Source: an uncultured bacterium
Lineage (GTDB): Bacteria > Krumholzibacteriota > Krumholzibacteriia > LZORAL124-64-63
DNA length: 64,000 nt
Assembly (NCBI GenBank): GCA_963727525.1
Contig: CAVSGO010000005.1
Coordinates: 160,001-224,000, forward strand
Direction: 5' to 3'
In this document: in pieces, positions 38,616 through 49,019 of the stretch
How positions within the stretch are numbered: position 1 is the first letter of the stretch
Layout of the letters: each line of letters starts with the position of its first letter
The notes under the pieces: model-generated
Told to the model about the DNA's origin: nothing
Seen by the model: the letters and a program-made list of their open reading frames with translations, nothing else
The model's database searches: none
Made by a program: the position numbers and the translations under genes

Positions 38616-39809
38616 ATGCGCCTGGTCGCGAGTCTGATCCTGTTCCTCATCCTGTCCGCCGCCGCCTCCGCGCAGGTGGAGCGCGCCGAGATGACCACCC
38701 TGTGGCAAGACACCCACGAGATCCTCACCGCCGAGAACGGCAATCTGCCCCCCGACACCGACGTGGGCGCCGGATACTACCTCGGCCGCCTGCGTCTACA
38801 GGACTCGCGCGGCTTCCCGATGTACGAGCTTCGCTACGCCTACACCGACAATGGCGCCGGCGTCGACCTGCGCGACCTGCGGCTCGCCGCCGAACAGCCC
38901 CTCCCCCTGGCCGGCTGGACGGCCAAGGGCCTCTACGTGGAGCAGAATCCCGCGAGCAGCGACCCCTCACACTACACCGCGCTGTACCTCGACGGCGCCG
39001 TGCAGGGGGTCATGTTCTCCGCCGGCATCGATCACGCAAGCTTGCCAGCCACGTCCCTGAGCGTCGGCTCGTTGCGCGCGAAGTACCGCACCGGACCCGT
39101 GACGTTGCTCGCCGGGGGATCCAACGAGACCGACGAGAAGGCGCGCTGGCTGGGGGGCGGCCTCGTGGAGCTGCCGGGCCAGGTCATGGTAGGCGGCATG
39201 TTCGGCCACTGGGCCGAGGACGACGGCTTCGCCGTGAACGTGGGCCGGTACAACCGCTTCGGCGACTTCGCCGGCATGCCCTCATTCTCGCTCAATTACA
39301 TCGAGGTGCCCACGCTCTACAAGTGGACCAACTTCCGCGTGATGTGGGGCGACCGCGGCATCCACTACGTGCCGCCCACCTTCAGCAGCACGACGTTCAC
39401 CGGGCAGTACGACATCAACATGGGACTGCTGCTACACGAACTGGTGCCGGACAACTACCGCCACTTCGACGCACCGCTGCTCTTCAAGCGCTACGACGAG
39501 TACGGTCGCGTGGCACTGCGCGTGAACTTCCTGGAGACCCCGACGAGCTTCCGCAAGCTCGACGTGAGCCTGAGCACGAACCTCGCCGTGCACGCCGGCC
39601 CTCTTACCTCGGTGCGCGGCATCCTGAGCCTCGAGCGCCTGCACAACCCGGCCTTCGGCTGGCAGGACGACCGCTTCCACCTCACCGGCGCCATGACGAT
39701 CCGCCATGGCCTCTACGCGGGCGTGACCTGGAGCACGGACTTCGGCGACTACAGCCGGACCATGGTCGAGCTGCGCACCGAGTTGCCGCTGCCGTTCTCC
39801 GGTTCCTGA
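38616..39809 (+). CDS. Secreted hypothetical protein, probable outer-membrane beta-barrel
   Basis: AAGGAG RBS; signal peptide ending ASA; many alternating amphipathic beta-strand segments. Confidence 0.6.
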   Translation: MRLVASLILFLILSAAASAQVERAEMTTLWQDTHEILTAENGNLPPDTDVGAGYYLGRLRLQDSRGFPMYELRYAYTDNGAGVDLRDLRLAAEQPLPLAGWTAKGLYVEQNPASSDPSHYTALYLDGAVQGVMFSAGIDHASLPATSLSVGSLRAKYRTGPVTLLAGGSNETDEKARWLGGGLVELPGQVMVGGMFGHWAEDDGFAVNVGRYNRFGDFAGMPSFSLNYIEVPTLYKWTNFRVMWGDRGIHYVPPTFSSTTFTGQYDINMGLLLHELVPDNYRHFDAPLLFKRYDEYGRVALRVNFLETPTSFRKLDVSLSTNLAVHAGPLTSVRGILSLERLHNPAFGWQDDRFHLTGAMTIRHGLYAGVTWSTDFGDYSRTMVELRTELPLPFSGS

Positions 39810-39820
39810 GCGCCTGGCAT

Positions 39821-39848
39821 GAAGAAGGGGGCGCCGATCGGCGCCCCC
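39821..39848 (-). terminator. Hairpin terminator between convergent genes
   Basis: Perfect palindrome GGGGGCGCCGATCGGCGCCCCC (39827-39848), followed by TTCTTC on the minus strand. Confidence 0.6.
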
Positions 39849-39880
39849 AGACGGACGTGCAAGACGTCCTGGCGAGTCAA

Positions 39881-40576
39881 TTACCGGTACAGGCTCTTCA
39901 CTCCGCCCCACGGCATCGGATCGGTCGCCACCACCGAGCCGCCAACCTTGACGTTGGCCAGGTACCAGCCCGGATAGGCCACGCTGCTATCCGCGCCGAG
40001 TTGGAAGCGCAGATCGACCGTCTGGCCCATGAAGTCGGCCAGGTCGAAGCAGCTCGTGATCAGGACCCAGTCGTCCAGGTCGTGGCCCGAGAAGCCCGGC
40101 TCCATGTCGACACAGTACGCGTAGAAGGACGTGCTGGTGCTGATCTCCGGCACCGTGTAGCCCTCCATCGGAGTCACCGGCGTCCCGTTGACCACGAGAT
40201 TGCAGCCATCGAAGTTCAGCTCGGTGTCGAAGTAATGAGTGACCTCGACGAGCTGCGTGGTCTGGTCGACGAGGAAGCTCGGCGAGACGAGTGCCTCACC
40301 CGCATTGTTGGGGTAGTTCCCTGCAAGCACGGTACCCCAGCAGTTGCCGAAGTGCGACTCCGCGCCCCACTCCCAGACAGCCTCGCCACCATCCGGATCG
40401 CAGGTGGCGGTGGTGAAGCCCTGATCGCTGGCCGAGAAATCCCAGTCATAGGTCGTGGCCTCGAGCGGGCACGCAATGCGATAGGACGGCAGGTTCACTG
40501 GACCGTCGTACGGCTTGTCGGCGATCGCCGCGGTGGCAAGCGACAAGATACACACCATCAGAATCAAGTTACGCAT
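39881..40576 (-). CDS. Secreted InhA/MAM-like beta-sandwich protein with WGGVKSLYR tail
   Basis: GGGAGG RBS; signal peptide; LVSP, HYFDTE..FDG, DLADFMGQTVDLRF..D..V..PGWY; ends VATDPMPWGGVKSLYR. Confidence 0.75.
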   Translation of the reverse strand: MRNLILMVCILSLATAAIADKPYDGPVNLPSYRIACPLEATTYDWDFSASDQGFTTATCDPDGGEAVWEWGAESHFGNCWGTVLAGNYPNNAGEALVSPSFLVDQTTQLVEVTHYFDTELNFDGCNLVVNGTPVTPMEGYTVPEISTSTSFYAYCVDMEPGFSGHDLDDWVLITSCFDLADFMGQTVDLRFQLGADSSVAYPGWYLANVKVGGSVVATDPMPWGGVKSLYR

Positions 40577-41109
40577 GTTGGCCTCCCAAATCTTGGATTG
40601 GTCGATCATCTCGGTTTGGTCGAGCGGTGGCACGACCCGTCGCGCTAGCCATTGCCTCGCCACGCGAGGCAGCAGACCACACTGCGAACCTGAGAATAGC
40701 ACAAGACTGGAGCCGGGAGTGGAAAATATCTCATCCCTGGGATGAAATTTTCCCACGATGTCCTCGTCCTCGCGGCGGCTCGAATCCGACCTCACACCAG
40801 CATTAAAGAAAAACTTAAATGCGCGAACGCCTGGCGGGCGGCGAGGTTCCCGGCCCTGCCGGCGGCCGTGATTCTTTTGGGACAATCGAAAATTTTCCTG
40901 GCCGACAAGGGCTCGTTCATGCTGTATTCTATGATGCGACCGTGAGGATCGAGGCGGACCGGGCGTCAACCGCCGCGTCGCTCGTTGATTCTAGGTCAGT
41001 GGTCCGACGCGGCGTCGGATCGGTATCGAGCCCGAGGGCATTCCCGGATGAGGCCGGCGGTCCAGGGGGTTCGCGATCGCCGGTGAAACCGGCACTTGGA
41101 GCGTTCGAC

Positions 41110-41460
41110 GTGAAGAAGATCTATGTGGGAAACCTGCCTTTCAGCGCGACCGAGGACGAAATCACCGAACTGTTCGGCGCACATGGCACCGTGCACTCGG
41201 TGGCCCTGATCAATGATCGGGACACTGGCCGTCCGCGTGGCTTCGGCTTCGTGGAGATGGATGACAACGAAGCGATGGCTGCCATCCAGGCTCTCGACGG
41301 CAAGGAGCTGGGTGGCCGTGCCCTGCGTGTGAACGAGGCCCAGGATCGCCCGCGCGGCGGCGGCGGCGGCGGCGGTGGCCGTGGCGGCATGGGCGGCGGC
41401 GGCGGCCGGGGCCGTGGCGGTTATGGTGGCGGCGGTGGCGGTGGCGGCCGCGGCTGGTAA
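41110..41460 (+). CDS. RRM RNA-binding protein with Gly/Arg-rich tail (copy 1)
   Basis: RNP2 IYVGNL, RNP1 RGFGFVEM; GTG start 8 nt after TTGGAG. Confidence 0.95.
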   Translation: MKKIYVGNLPFSATEDEITELFGAHGTVHSVALINDRDTGRPRGFGFVEMDDNEAMAAIQALDGKELGGRALRVNEAQDRPRGGGGGGGGRGGMGGGGGRGRGGYGGGGGGGGRGW

Positions 41461-41488
41461 CTCGCCCGACCTGCACGACAGCACAGAT

Positions 41489-41526
41489 GAGACCCCGCGC
41501 CCTTCCGGGCACGGGGTCTCTTTTTT
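41489..41526 (+). terminator. Rho-independent terminator
   Basis: GAGACCCCG...CGGGGTCTC stem followed by TTTTTT. Confidence 0.85.
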
Positions 41527-41549
41527 GCCGTCAGTCTGCCGCGCCGCGG

Positions 41550-43799
41550 CTACTTGCCGGCCTGATAGCAGGACAGCGCCGCCATGTTCACGATCTCGCG
41601 CTGATCGGAATTGAAGCTCACCACGTTGATGGGGTACTTCAGTCCCGCGAGCAACGGGCCGATGACCTCGCGCTGACCGATGCTGCCCACCAGCTTGTAC
41701 GCGATGTTGCCCGAATGCAGGTCCGGGAAGATCAGCACGTTCGCCTTGCCGCCCACACGGCAGTGCGGGAAGTTGCGCGCGCAGTAGTCCGGCTTCACAG
41801 CCACGTCGCCGTGCATTTCGCCATCCACCACGAGCTCAGGATGCTCTTCCTGCAGGATGCGCACCGCCTCCCTCAGCTTGCGCGTCTTGGGGTGGTTGTT
41901 GTCGCCGAAGTTGGAGAACGACAGCAGCGCCACGACGGGTTCCAGGTTGAATTGACGCGCCACGTCGGCGGCGAGCGTCGCGATGTTCACCAGGTCCCGC
42001 GCCGTGGGATCGATGGTCACCGTCGTGTCGGCGAAGATGTACACCTGCCCCTCGGCCAGGAGCACGTGCATCCCCACCGCGCGCTCCACGCCGGGCTTGG
42101 GATCGATGAGTGGCAACACCACGCGGATCGTATCCACGTACGCGTTGTCGGCACCGGCCACCATGCCGTCGGCCTGGTTCTGGCGCAGCATCATGATGGC
42201 ATGGTGCAGCGGCTCGCGCACCAGCAGGGCAGCCTTGCGCGGCGTGTATCCCTTGCGCGAACGCATGCGATACAGCTCGGCGGCGAACGCCTCGTTCTGG
42301 TCGTTCTCCGCCGGATCTCGCAGCACGCAACGATCGAGATCAAGGCCCACGCGCTCCGCGCGGCTACGGATCACGTCGACGTTTCCGAGCAGCACCGGCG
42401 ACGCGAAACCCTCCTCGATGATCACCCGGCAGGATTCGAGGATCCGCGGGTTCTCGCCCTCGGGGAACACGATGCGCTTCGGCGCGCGCCGCGCACCGGA
42501 GCGGACGGTACGCATGACCTGCTGGCTCTTGCTGGTCATGTTCTCCAGGCGCTCGCGGTACGCCTCCCAGTCGGTGATCGGCTGCTGGGCCACACCCGTC
42601 TCGCACGCGGCCTTCGCCACGGCGACGGCTTCCCATGACAGCACGCGCGAATCGAAAGGCTTGGGAATGATGTACTCGGGGCCGAACTCGAAGCCCTGGC
42701 CGGAGTAGGCCGCGAGCACGTACTCGGGCACCGGCTGGCGCGCCAGCTCGGCGAGGGAGTGCGCGGCCGCCATCTTCATCTCCTCGTTGATCGCCGTCGC
42801 CCGCACGTCGAGGGCGCCGCGGAAGATGAAGGGGAAGCCGAGCACGTTGTTGACCTGGTTCGGGAAGTCGGAGCGCCCCGTCGCCACGATCACGTCGGGA
42901 CGCGCGGCCTTGGCCTCCTCGTACGAGATCTCGGGATCGGGATTGGCGAGCGCGAAGACGATGGGCTTGTCGGCCATGGAGCGCACCATGTCTTGCGTCA
43001 CCAGGCCCTTCACGGAACAGCCCAGGAACACGTCGGCACCCTGCATCGCCTCGGCGAGCGTGCGCTTGTCGGTGTCCTGCGCGAAGTGCGCCTTGAACTC
43101 GTTCACGCCTTCCTTGCGCCCCTTGTAGACCACACCCTTGGTATCGACGAGCAGGAAGTTCTTCAGCGGCACGCCGAGCACCTCGTAGAACGTCGCGCAG
43201 GCGATGGCCGACGCCCCGGCGCCCGACACCACGACTTTCACCTCGGAGAGCTTCTTGCCCTGCAGGAGGCAGGCGTTGATGAGCGCCGCGCCGGAGATGA
43301 TGGCGGTGCCATGCTGGTCGTCGTGGAACACGGGGATCGACATCGTGCGACGCAGCGCCGCCTCGATGTGGAAGCACTCGGGCGCCTTGATGTCCTCGAG
43401 GTTGATGCCGCCGAACGTGGGCTCGAGGAGCTGACAGACCTTGATGATCTCCTCCGGGTCGTGCGTGTTCAACTCGATGTCGAAGACATCGACGTGCGCG
43501 AAGCGCTTGAAGAGCACGCCCTTGCCCTCCATGACCGGCTTGCCGCCCAGCGCGCCGATGTCGCCGAGTCCCAGCACGGCGGTGCCGTTGGACACCACGG
43601 CCACCAGGTTGCCCTTGTTCGTGTACTTGTAGGCGTCGGCGGGGTTCTTCTCGATCTCGAGGCAGGGCACCGCCACACCGGGCGTGTACGCCAGAGAGAG
43701 ATCCCGCGCCGTCAGGCACGGCTTCGTCGGCACGACCTCGGTCTTGCCGGGACGTCCCTCGGAATGGTAATTAAGGGCATCCTGATCACTGATCGACAT
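41550..43799 (-). CDS. maeB: NADP-dependent malic enzyme with phosphotransacetylase-like C-terminal domain
   Basis: [61 protein letters not shown]-like KRIVFPEGE...DGEM...GNIAYK. Confidence 0.95.
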   Translation of the reverse strand: MSISDQDALNYHSEGRPGKTEVVPTKPCLTARDLSLAYTPGVAVPCLEIEKNPADAYKYTNKGNLVAVVSNGTAVLGLGDIGALGGKPVMEGKGVLFKRFAHVDVFDIELNTHDPEEIIKVCQLLEPTFGGINLEDIKAPECFHIEAALRRTMSIPVFHDDQHGTAIISGAALINACLLQGKKLSEVKVVVSGAGASAIACATFYEVLGVPLKNFLLVDTKGVVYKGRKEGVNEFKAHFAQDTDKRTLAEAMQGADVFLGCSVKGLVTQDMVRSMADKPIVFALANPDPEISYEEAKAARPDVIVATGRSDFPNQVNNVLGFPFIFRGALDVRATAINEEMKMAAAHSLAELARQPVPEYVLAAYSGQGFEFGPEYIIPKPFDSRVLSWEAVAVAKAACETGVAQQPITDWEAYRERLENMTSKSQQVMRTVRSGARRAPKRIVFPEGENPRILESCRVIIEEGFASPVLLGNVDVIRSRAERVGLDLDRCVLRDPAENDQNEAFAAELYRMRSRKGYTPRKAALLVREPLHHAIMMLRQNQADGMVAGADNAYVDTIRVVLPLIDPKPGVERAVGMHVLLAEGQVYIFADTTVTIDPTARDLVNIATLAADVARQFNLEPVVALLSFSNFGDNNHPKTRKLREAVRILQEEHPELVVDGEMHGDVAVKPDYCARNFPHCRVGGKANVLIFPDLHSGNIAYKLVGSIGQREVIGPLLAGLKYPINVVSFNSDQREIVNMAALSCYQAGK

Positions 43800-44080
43800 G
43801 GTCCACGCATCCTTTCCCGGCCAGCAACGCCACGTCCGTCCACGGGCGCGAGGCCCGGGACGCTCGGAATCGTCGGCACCAAGATCGTGCACGGGCACCG
43901 CCGGAGTCCAGTGGAGATGTGCATGAAAGCGAGCTTAGAATATCGAATGAATCTGGTCGACTATTTCCTGACGGCCTCTGCAGACCCCTGCAGCTGAAAT
44001 CGCCACTCAATAGGTAGCGGCCGCGACCGAAACCAAGGTGCAATCGGTTTCACCCCGCCACGAGCGAGGAAGGTGACGGA

Positions 44081-44491
44081 ATGCTGCAGCGCCCCGGCTT
44101 CACGTTGATCGAGCTGATGGTCGTCGTGGTCGTCATCGGCCTGCTCGCCGCCATCGCGATCCCCAATTACATCACGATGCAGGATCGCGCCAAGGAGGCC
44201 ACGGTCAAGAGCGCGGCGCACACGGTGCAACTCACGGCCGAGGAATACGCCACCCGACACGACGGCGTGTATTCGGACCAGGCCGCTGATCTCGCGCCCG
44301 TGCTTCCCAATGGTGTGCTGCTGGAGAACGCGTTCACGCGCGTGCGCACAGAGCCGCAGTTCGGTGCGTTGGCCGCCAATCCTGGCCAGGTGGGCATCGT
44401 CGCCTTTGCGGCCAACGGCGTGAACGTGGGCTACACGATCAACGGTTGCGGCAAGAACAACGAGATCATCGTCCAGATCGGCGGGCACTAG
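44081..44491 (+). CDS. Type IV pilin / pseudopilin
   Basis: Prepilin cleavage motif G|FTLIELMVVVVVIGLLAAIAIP. Confidence 0.9.
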   Translation: MLQRPGFTLIELMVVVVVIGLLAAIAIPNYITMQDRAKEATVKSAAHTVQLTAEEYATRHDGVYSDQAADLAPVLPNGVLLENAFTRVRTEPQFGALAANPGQVGIVAFAANGVNVGYTINGCGKNNEIIVQIGGH

Positions 44492-44492
44492 T

Positions 44493-44900
44493 TCAGTTCG
44501 CGCGCCGCCGCCCGATCTCCTCACGGATGTATGCCACGATATCCTGCGTGCTCGCACCCGGGCCGAAGAGCCGGCCCACGCCCTCGGTCTGCAACGCGGC
44601 CATGTCCTCGTCGGTGATGGTGCCCCCGCCGGTGAGCAGGATGTCGCCGCCGCCCTTCTGAAGCAACGCCTCGCGCACGAGGGGGAAGATCGTCATGTGG
44701 GCGCCGGAGAGGATGGACAGCCCGACGGCATCCACGTCTTCCTGGATGGCCGCTTCAGCGATCATCTCCGGCGTCTGACGCACGCCCGTGTAGATGACCT
44801 CCATCCCCGCGTCGCGCAGGGCGCGTGCGACGACCTTGGCGCCGCGATCGTGTCCGTCGAGACCGGCTTTCGCCACCAGTACCCTGATCTTCCGTTCCAT
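44493..44900 (-). CDS. Cobalamin-binding small subunit of acyl-CoA mutase (IcmB/MCM C-terminal-like)
   Basis: [10 protein letters not shown] (DxHxxG), [11 protein letters not shown]. Confidence 0.93.
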   Translation of the reverse strand: MERKIRVLVAKAGLDGHDRGAKVVARALRDAGMEVIYTGVRQTPEMIAEAAIQEDVDAVGLSILSGAHMTIFPLVREALLQKGGGDILLTGGGTITDEDMAALQTEGVGRLFGPGASTQDIVAYIREEIGRRRAN

Positions 44901-44917
44901 CGTCCCGTCCTTTGGGG

Positions 44918-46537
44918 TCAGATGATGATGGGCTCCGTGTACTCGCCGTAGACGGTCTTGAGATTGCCGATGATCTCGCCTAGCGTGGCGTAGCAGCGCA
45001 CGGCCTCGATGAAGGGCGGCATGAGATTCTCACCGGCGCGGGCGGCCGTGGCGACCCGCGCGAGCGCCGTCTCCACCGCGCCGTTGTCGCGGCGCGACCG
45101 CAAAGCCGTCAGCTTCTTCTCCTGGGAACGGGCCACATTCTGGTCGATGCGCAGCAGCGGGATGTCGATCTTCTCCTGTGGGTCGACATACTCGTTCACG
45201 CCCACCACCACGCGCTGCTTCGTCTCGAGGGCCTTCTGGTACCAGTACGCCGCGTCGGCGATCTCGCGCTGGAAGAAGCCCTCCTCGAGGGCGCGCACTA
45301 CGCCGCCGATCTCATCGATCCGCGCGAAGTACTCCTCGGCGCCCTGTTCCATCCGGTCGGTGAGGCTCTCCACGAAATAGGACCCGGCCAGCGGATCGGA
45401 CGTGAAGGCCACGCCCGTCTCATGGGCGATGATCTGCTGCGTGCGCAGCGCGATCTCCACGGCCTTCTCGCTTGGCAGGGCCAGCGCCTCGTCCATGGAG
45501 TTGGTGTGCAGGCTCTGCGTGCCGCCGAGCACGCCGGCCAGGCCCTCGTAGGCCGTGCGTACGATGTTGTTGTACGGCTGCTGGGCCGTGAGGCTGCAAC
45601 CGGCGGTCTGCGTGTGGAAGCGCAGCAGCCAGGAGCGCGGATTCTTCGCCTTGAAGCGTTCCTTCATGTGGCGCGCCCAGATCCGTCGCGCCGCGCGGAA
45701 CTTGGCCACCTCCTCGAACAGGTCGAGGTGCGAGTTGAAGAAGAATGACAGTCGCGGTGCGAACTCGTCGATATCGAGCCCCGCCTTCACGCCCGCCTCG
45801 ACGTAGGCGAAGCCATCGGCCAGGGTGAAGGCCAGCTCCTGCACGGCGGTGGAACCCGCCTCGCGGATATGGTAGCCCGAGATGCTGATGGTGTTGAACT
45901 CGGGCAGGTGCCGGCTGCCGTATTCCATCGTGTCCACCACCAGCTTCATGGACGGCTCGGGCGGGAAGATGAATTCCTTCTGGGCGATGAATTCCTTGAG
46001 GATGTCGTTCTGCAGCGTGCCGCGCAGCTTGCGCACGTCGCAACCCTGCTTCTCGGCCGCCACGATGTACATGGCCCAGATGATCGCCGCCGGCGAATTG
46101 ATCGTCATCGACGTGCTGACCTTGTCGAGCGGGATGCCGTCGAAGAGCGTCTCCATGTCCTCGAGGCAGGTGACCGCTACGCCGCACTTACCCACCTCGC
46201 CCAGCGACCAGGGATCGTCGGAGTCACGCCCCATGAGCGTGGGCAGATCGAAGGCCACGGACAGGCCGGTCTGACCGCGGCTGAGCAGGAACTTGTAGCG
46301 CTGGTTCGAATCCTCGGCGGTGCCGAAGCCGGAGAACAGGCGCATCGTCCACATCTTGCCGCGGTACATCGTGCGATGCACGCCGCGCGTGTATGGGTAC
46401 TCGCCCGGATCGCCGAGCTGCTTCGCGTAGTCGAGGCCGCCGACGTCGGCCGGGGTCGCCAGGGGCGGCACCTCGAGACCGGACACCGTGACATAGGGAT
46501 TGCGCTCGTTGGAATTGCGCTCGTGGTCGGACATCAT
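44918..46537 (-). CDS. Acyl-CoA mutase large subunit, isobutyryl-CoA mutase-like
   Basis: [62 protein letters not shown]. Confidence 0.9.
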   Translation of the reverse strand: MMSDHERNSNERNPYVTVSGLEVPPLATPADVGGLDYAKQLGDPGEYPYTRGVHRTMYRGKMWTMRLFSGFGTAEDSNQRYKFLLSRGQTGLSVAFDLPTLMGRDSDDPWSLGEVGKCGVAVTCLEDMETLFDGIPLDKVSTSMTINSPAAIIWAMYIVAAEKQGCDVRKLRGTLQNDILKEFIAQKEFIFPPEPSMKLVVDTMEYGSRHLPEFNTISISGYHIREAGSTAVQELAFTLADGFAYVEAGVKAGLDIDEFAPRLSFFFNSHLDLFEEVAKFRAARRIWARHMKERFKAKNPRSWLLRFHTQTAGCSLTAQQPYNNIVRTAYEGLAGVLGGTQSLHTNSMDEALALPSEKAVEIALRTQQIIAHETGVAFTSDPLAGSYFVESLTDRMEQGAEEYFARIDEIGGVVRALEEGFFQREIADAAYWYQKALETKQRVVVGVNEYVDPQEKIDIPLLRIDQNVARSQEKKLTALRSRRDNGAVETALARVATAARAGENLMPPFIEAVRCYATLGEIIGNLKTVYGEYTEPIII

Positions 46538-47487
46538 GACTCCTTCAGAACGGACGTCAGCAGCTCCTGGGCCGCGGAGTAGGGCGTGGCTTCCCCCGCG
46601 GCGATCCGGGCTGCCGCCACAGAGAACGATTCACCCAGGCGATCGCCGGCCAGGCGCCACAGCCGGTCGCGCAGGACTTCCTCGAGGTCCTTGTGCGCCC
46701 GGCGCAGTCGCTGGCGGTCGAGTCCGCGATGCTCTTCGAGATACGCGCGGTGGCGCCCGACCTCGGCAGCCAGTTCGGGCACGCCCTCGCCGCGCGCCGC
46801 CACCGTCGTCAGCACTGGCGGTACCCAGCCGCCGGCCGGCTTCAGTGCGAGGTCGCCACGCAGGGCCTGCATCATCTCGCGCGCGCCGGGCCGATCGGCC
46901 TTGTTCACGACGAGAATGTCGGCCACCTCGAGTAACCCCGCTTTCATGGTCTGGATCGTGTCGCCCGATTCCGGCGACACGGCCACGATCACGGTATCGG
47001 CCACGGTCGCCACGTCCACCTCGGATTGCCCCACGCCCACGGTCTCCAGGAGAAGCACTTCCTGGCCGAAGGCGTCGAGCACGTCGGCCACCTCCATCGT
47101 GGCGCGGGCCAGACCGCCGAGGCTGCCCCTGGTGGCCATGCTGCGGATGAACACACCAGGATCGGTGGCCACGGCGTTCATGCGCACGCGGTCGCCGAGC
47201 ACCGCGCCGCCCGAGAACGGGCTCGTAGGATCGACGGCCACGACCCCCACCCGCAGCTCGCGGGCGCGGTAATGCCGGATCAGGGTCTCCACCAGCGTGC
47301 TCTTGCCCACCCCCGGTGGTCCGGTGACGCCGATACGCATAGCGCCGTGACGCAGCGGGTACAGCTCGTGCAGAAGGCGGTCGGCCAGCGGGCCGCCATC
47401 CTCCACCGCGGTGATGATGCGGGCCGCCGCTCGGCGGTCGCCCGCGCGGAAGGCAGCGAGCGTGGTCTCGAGGTCCGATTCGCGCAT
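46534..47487 (-). CDS. meaB: MeaB/ArgK GTPase metallochaperone
   Basis: [41 protein letters not shown]. Confidence 0.93.
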   Translation of the reverse strand: MRESDLETTLAAFRAGDRRAAARIITAVEDGGPLADRLLHELYPLRHGAMRIGVTGPPGVGKSTLVETLIRHYRARELRVGVVAVDPTSPFSGGAVLGDRVRMNAVATDPGVFIRSMATRGSLGGLARATMEVADVLDAFGQEVLLLETVGVGQSEVDVATVADTVIVAVSPESGDTIQTMKAGLLEVADILVVNKADRPGAREMMQALRGDLALKPAGGWVPPVLTTVAARGEGVPELAAEVGRHRAYLEEHRGLDRQRLRRAHKDLEEVLRDRLWRLAGDRLGESFSVAAARIAAGEATPYSAAQELLTSVLKES

Positions 47488-47663
47488 GGCTCCCACCGGT
47501 TGCACGACCTGGGCGATAAACTGGGCACAATGTACCCGATCGGCGCCTCTGAGCCAAGCAAAGGGGTCGGGGCACACGGGTTTTGGATGAAAATCTGCAG
47601 GATATTGCCTACAATCGGGAACGCTCCCGCAGCCGCCGACCTGCCCGCGAAAGGACGCCTTCC

Positions 47664-48806
47664 ATGGACTTCAGGTTGACCGAGACCCAGCAGATGATGC
47701 GCGACGCCACCCGGGAATTCGCCGAGAAGCGTCTCGACCCGCTTGCCGAGAAGGCCGACCACGAGGCCAGGATTCCGGAGGAGATACTCAAGGAATGCGC
47801 GGCGATGGGCTACTGCGGCGTCGGCACGCCGGAGGCCTACGGCGGTGCGGGACTGGATGCCGTCACCTATGCGCTCATCATCGAGGAGCTGTCCTGGGCC
47901 GACGCGTCGGTGGGCGTGACGGTGTCGGTGACCAACAGCCTATGCCAGGATCCGATCATGTTCTTCGGCACGGAGGAACAGAAGCGCCGGTACTTGCCTG
48001 ACCTGGCGTCCGGCAAGACCTGGGGCGCTTTTGCCCTCACCGAGACGCAGGCCGGCACGGACGCCGGCGGCACCCAGACCACGGCCGTGCGCGACGGCGA
48101 CCACTACATCGTCACCGGCAACAAGATCTTCGTGACCAACGGGGCCTTCGCCGACGTCTTCATCGTCTTCACCAGCACCGACAAGTCGGTCAAGCACAAG
48201 GGCATCACGGCCTTCATCGTCGAGCGGGGCTGGCCGGGCTTCAGCATCGGCAAGAAGGAAAACAAGCTGGGCATCCGCGCGTCGTCCACCACCGAGCTGA
48301 TCTTCGAGGAATGCCGCGTGCCCGCCGCCAACCGCCTGGGCCAGGAAGGCGAGGGCTTCAAGGTGGCCATGATGACCCTCGACGGCGGCCGCATCGGCAT
48401 CGCCGCCCAGGCCCTGGGCATCGCCCAGCGCGCCCTCGACCTGGCCTTGAAGTACGCCGGCGAGAGACAGCAGTTCGGCAAGACCCTGGCCGCGTACCAG
48501 CACAACCAGTTCGCCCTGGCCGATATGGCCGTGGATGTGGAGGCCTCGCGCCTGCTCATCCACAAGGCCGCCAACCTGAAGGATCGCAAGGATCGCTTCT
48601 CACAGGCTTCCGCCATAGCGAAGCTCTTCTCGTCCGAGGCCGCGCACCGTGTGGTGCACAAGTCGCTACAGATACATGGTGGTTACGGCTACATCAAGGA
48701 ATTCGCCATCGAGCGCCTTTACCGTGACCAGCGCATCACCGAGATCTATGAAGGAACCTCCGAAGCCCAGCGGATGGTCATCTCGTCCGGGCTTCTCAGG
48801 AGGTAA
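47664..48806 (+). CDS. Short-chain (butyryl-CoA-type) acyl-CoA dehydrogenase
   Basis: MDFRLTE, FALTETQAGTD, GNKIFVTNG, KLGIRAS, GGRIGIAAQ, QIHGGYG, IYEGTSE. Confidence 0.93.
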   Translation: MDFRLTETQQMMRDATREFAEKRLDPLAEKADHEARIPEEILKECAAMGYCGVGTPEAYGGAGLDAVTYALIIEELSWADASVGVTVSVTNSLCQDPIMFFGTEEQKRRYLPDLASGKTWGAFALTETQAGTDAGGTQTTAVRDGDHYIVTGNKIFVTNGAFADVFIVFTSTDKSVKHKGITAFIVERGWPGFSIGKKENKLGIRASSTTELIFEECRVPAANRLGQEGEGFKVAMMTLDGGRIGIAAQALGIAQRALDLALKYAGERQQFGKTLAAYQHNQFALADMAVDVEASRLLIHKAANLKDRKDRFSQASAIAKLFSSEAAHRVVHKSLQIHGGYGYIKEFAIERLYRDQRITEIYEGTSEAQRMVISSGLLRR

Positions 48807-49019
48807 GCGATTATATCTGAATAGCTTACGACGTCACCCCGTGGCACAGGTCGGCGCTCCGGGGCTTACCCGCGGCCGCCCCGACCTGCCGGAACCGCAA
48901 GCATTCATTGAAATAGTCAATCTACTCTGGTATTCTCGATGGGTTCAAACGAGGGCGTTCCGCGCGCGCTCGTCACGTTGTGCCAGGTCCTTTTTGATTC
49001 TTGCCAAGGAGACGACCCC

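Noticed and set aside
41355-41457. GGC-rich tandem repeats (also 57310-57370)
   Set aside because: They encode the poly-Gly tails of the RRM proteins.
46303-46313. GGTTCGAATCC tRNA T-loop-like sequence
   Set aside because: Lies inside the mutase CDS with no cloverleaf around it.
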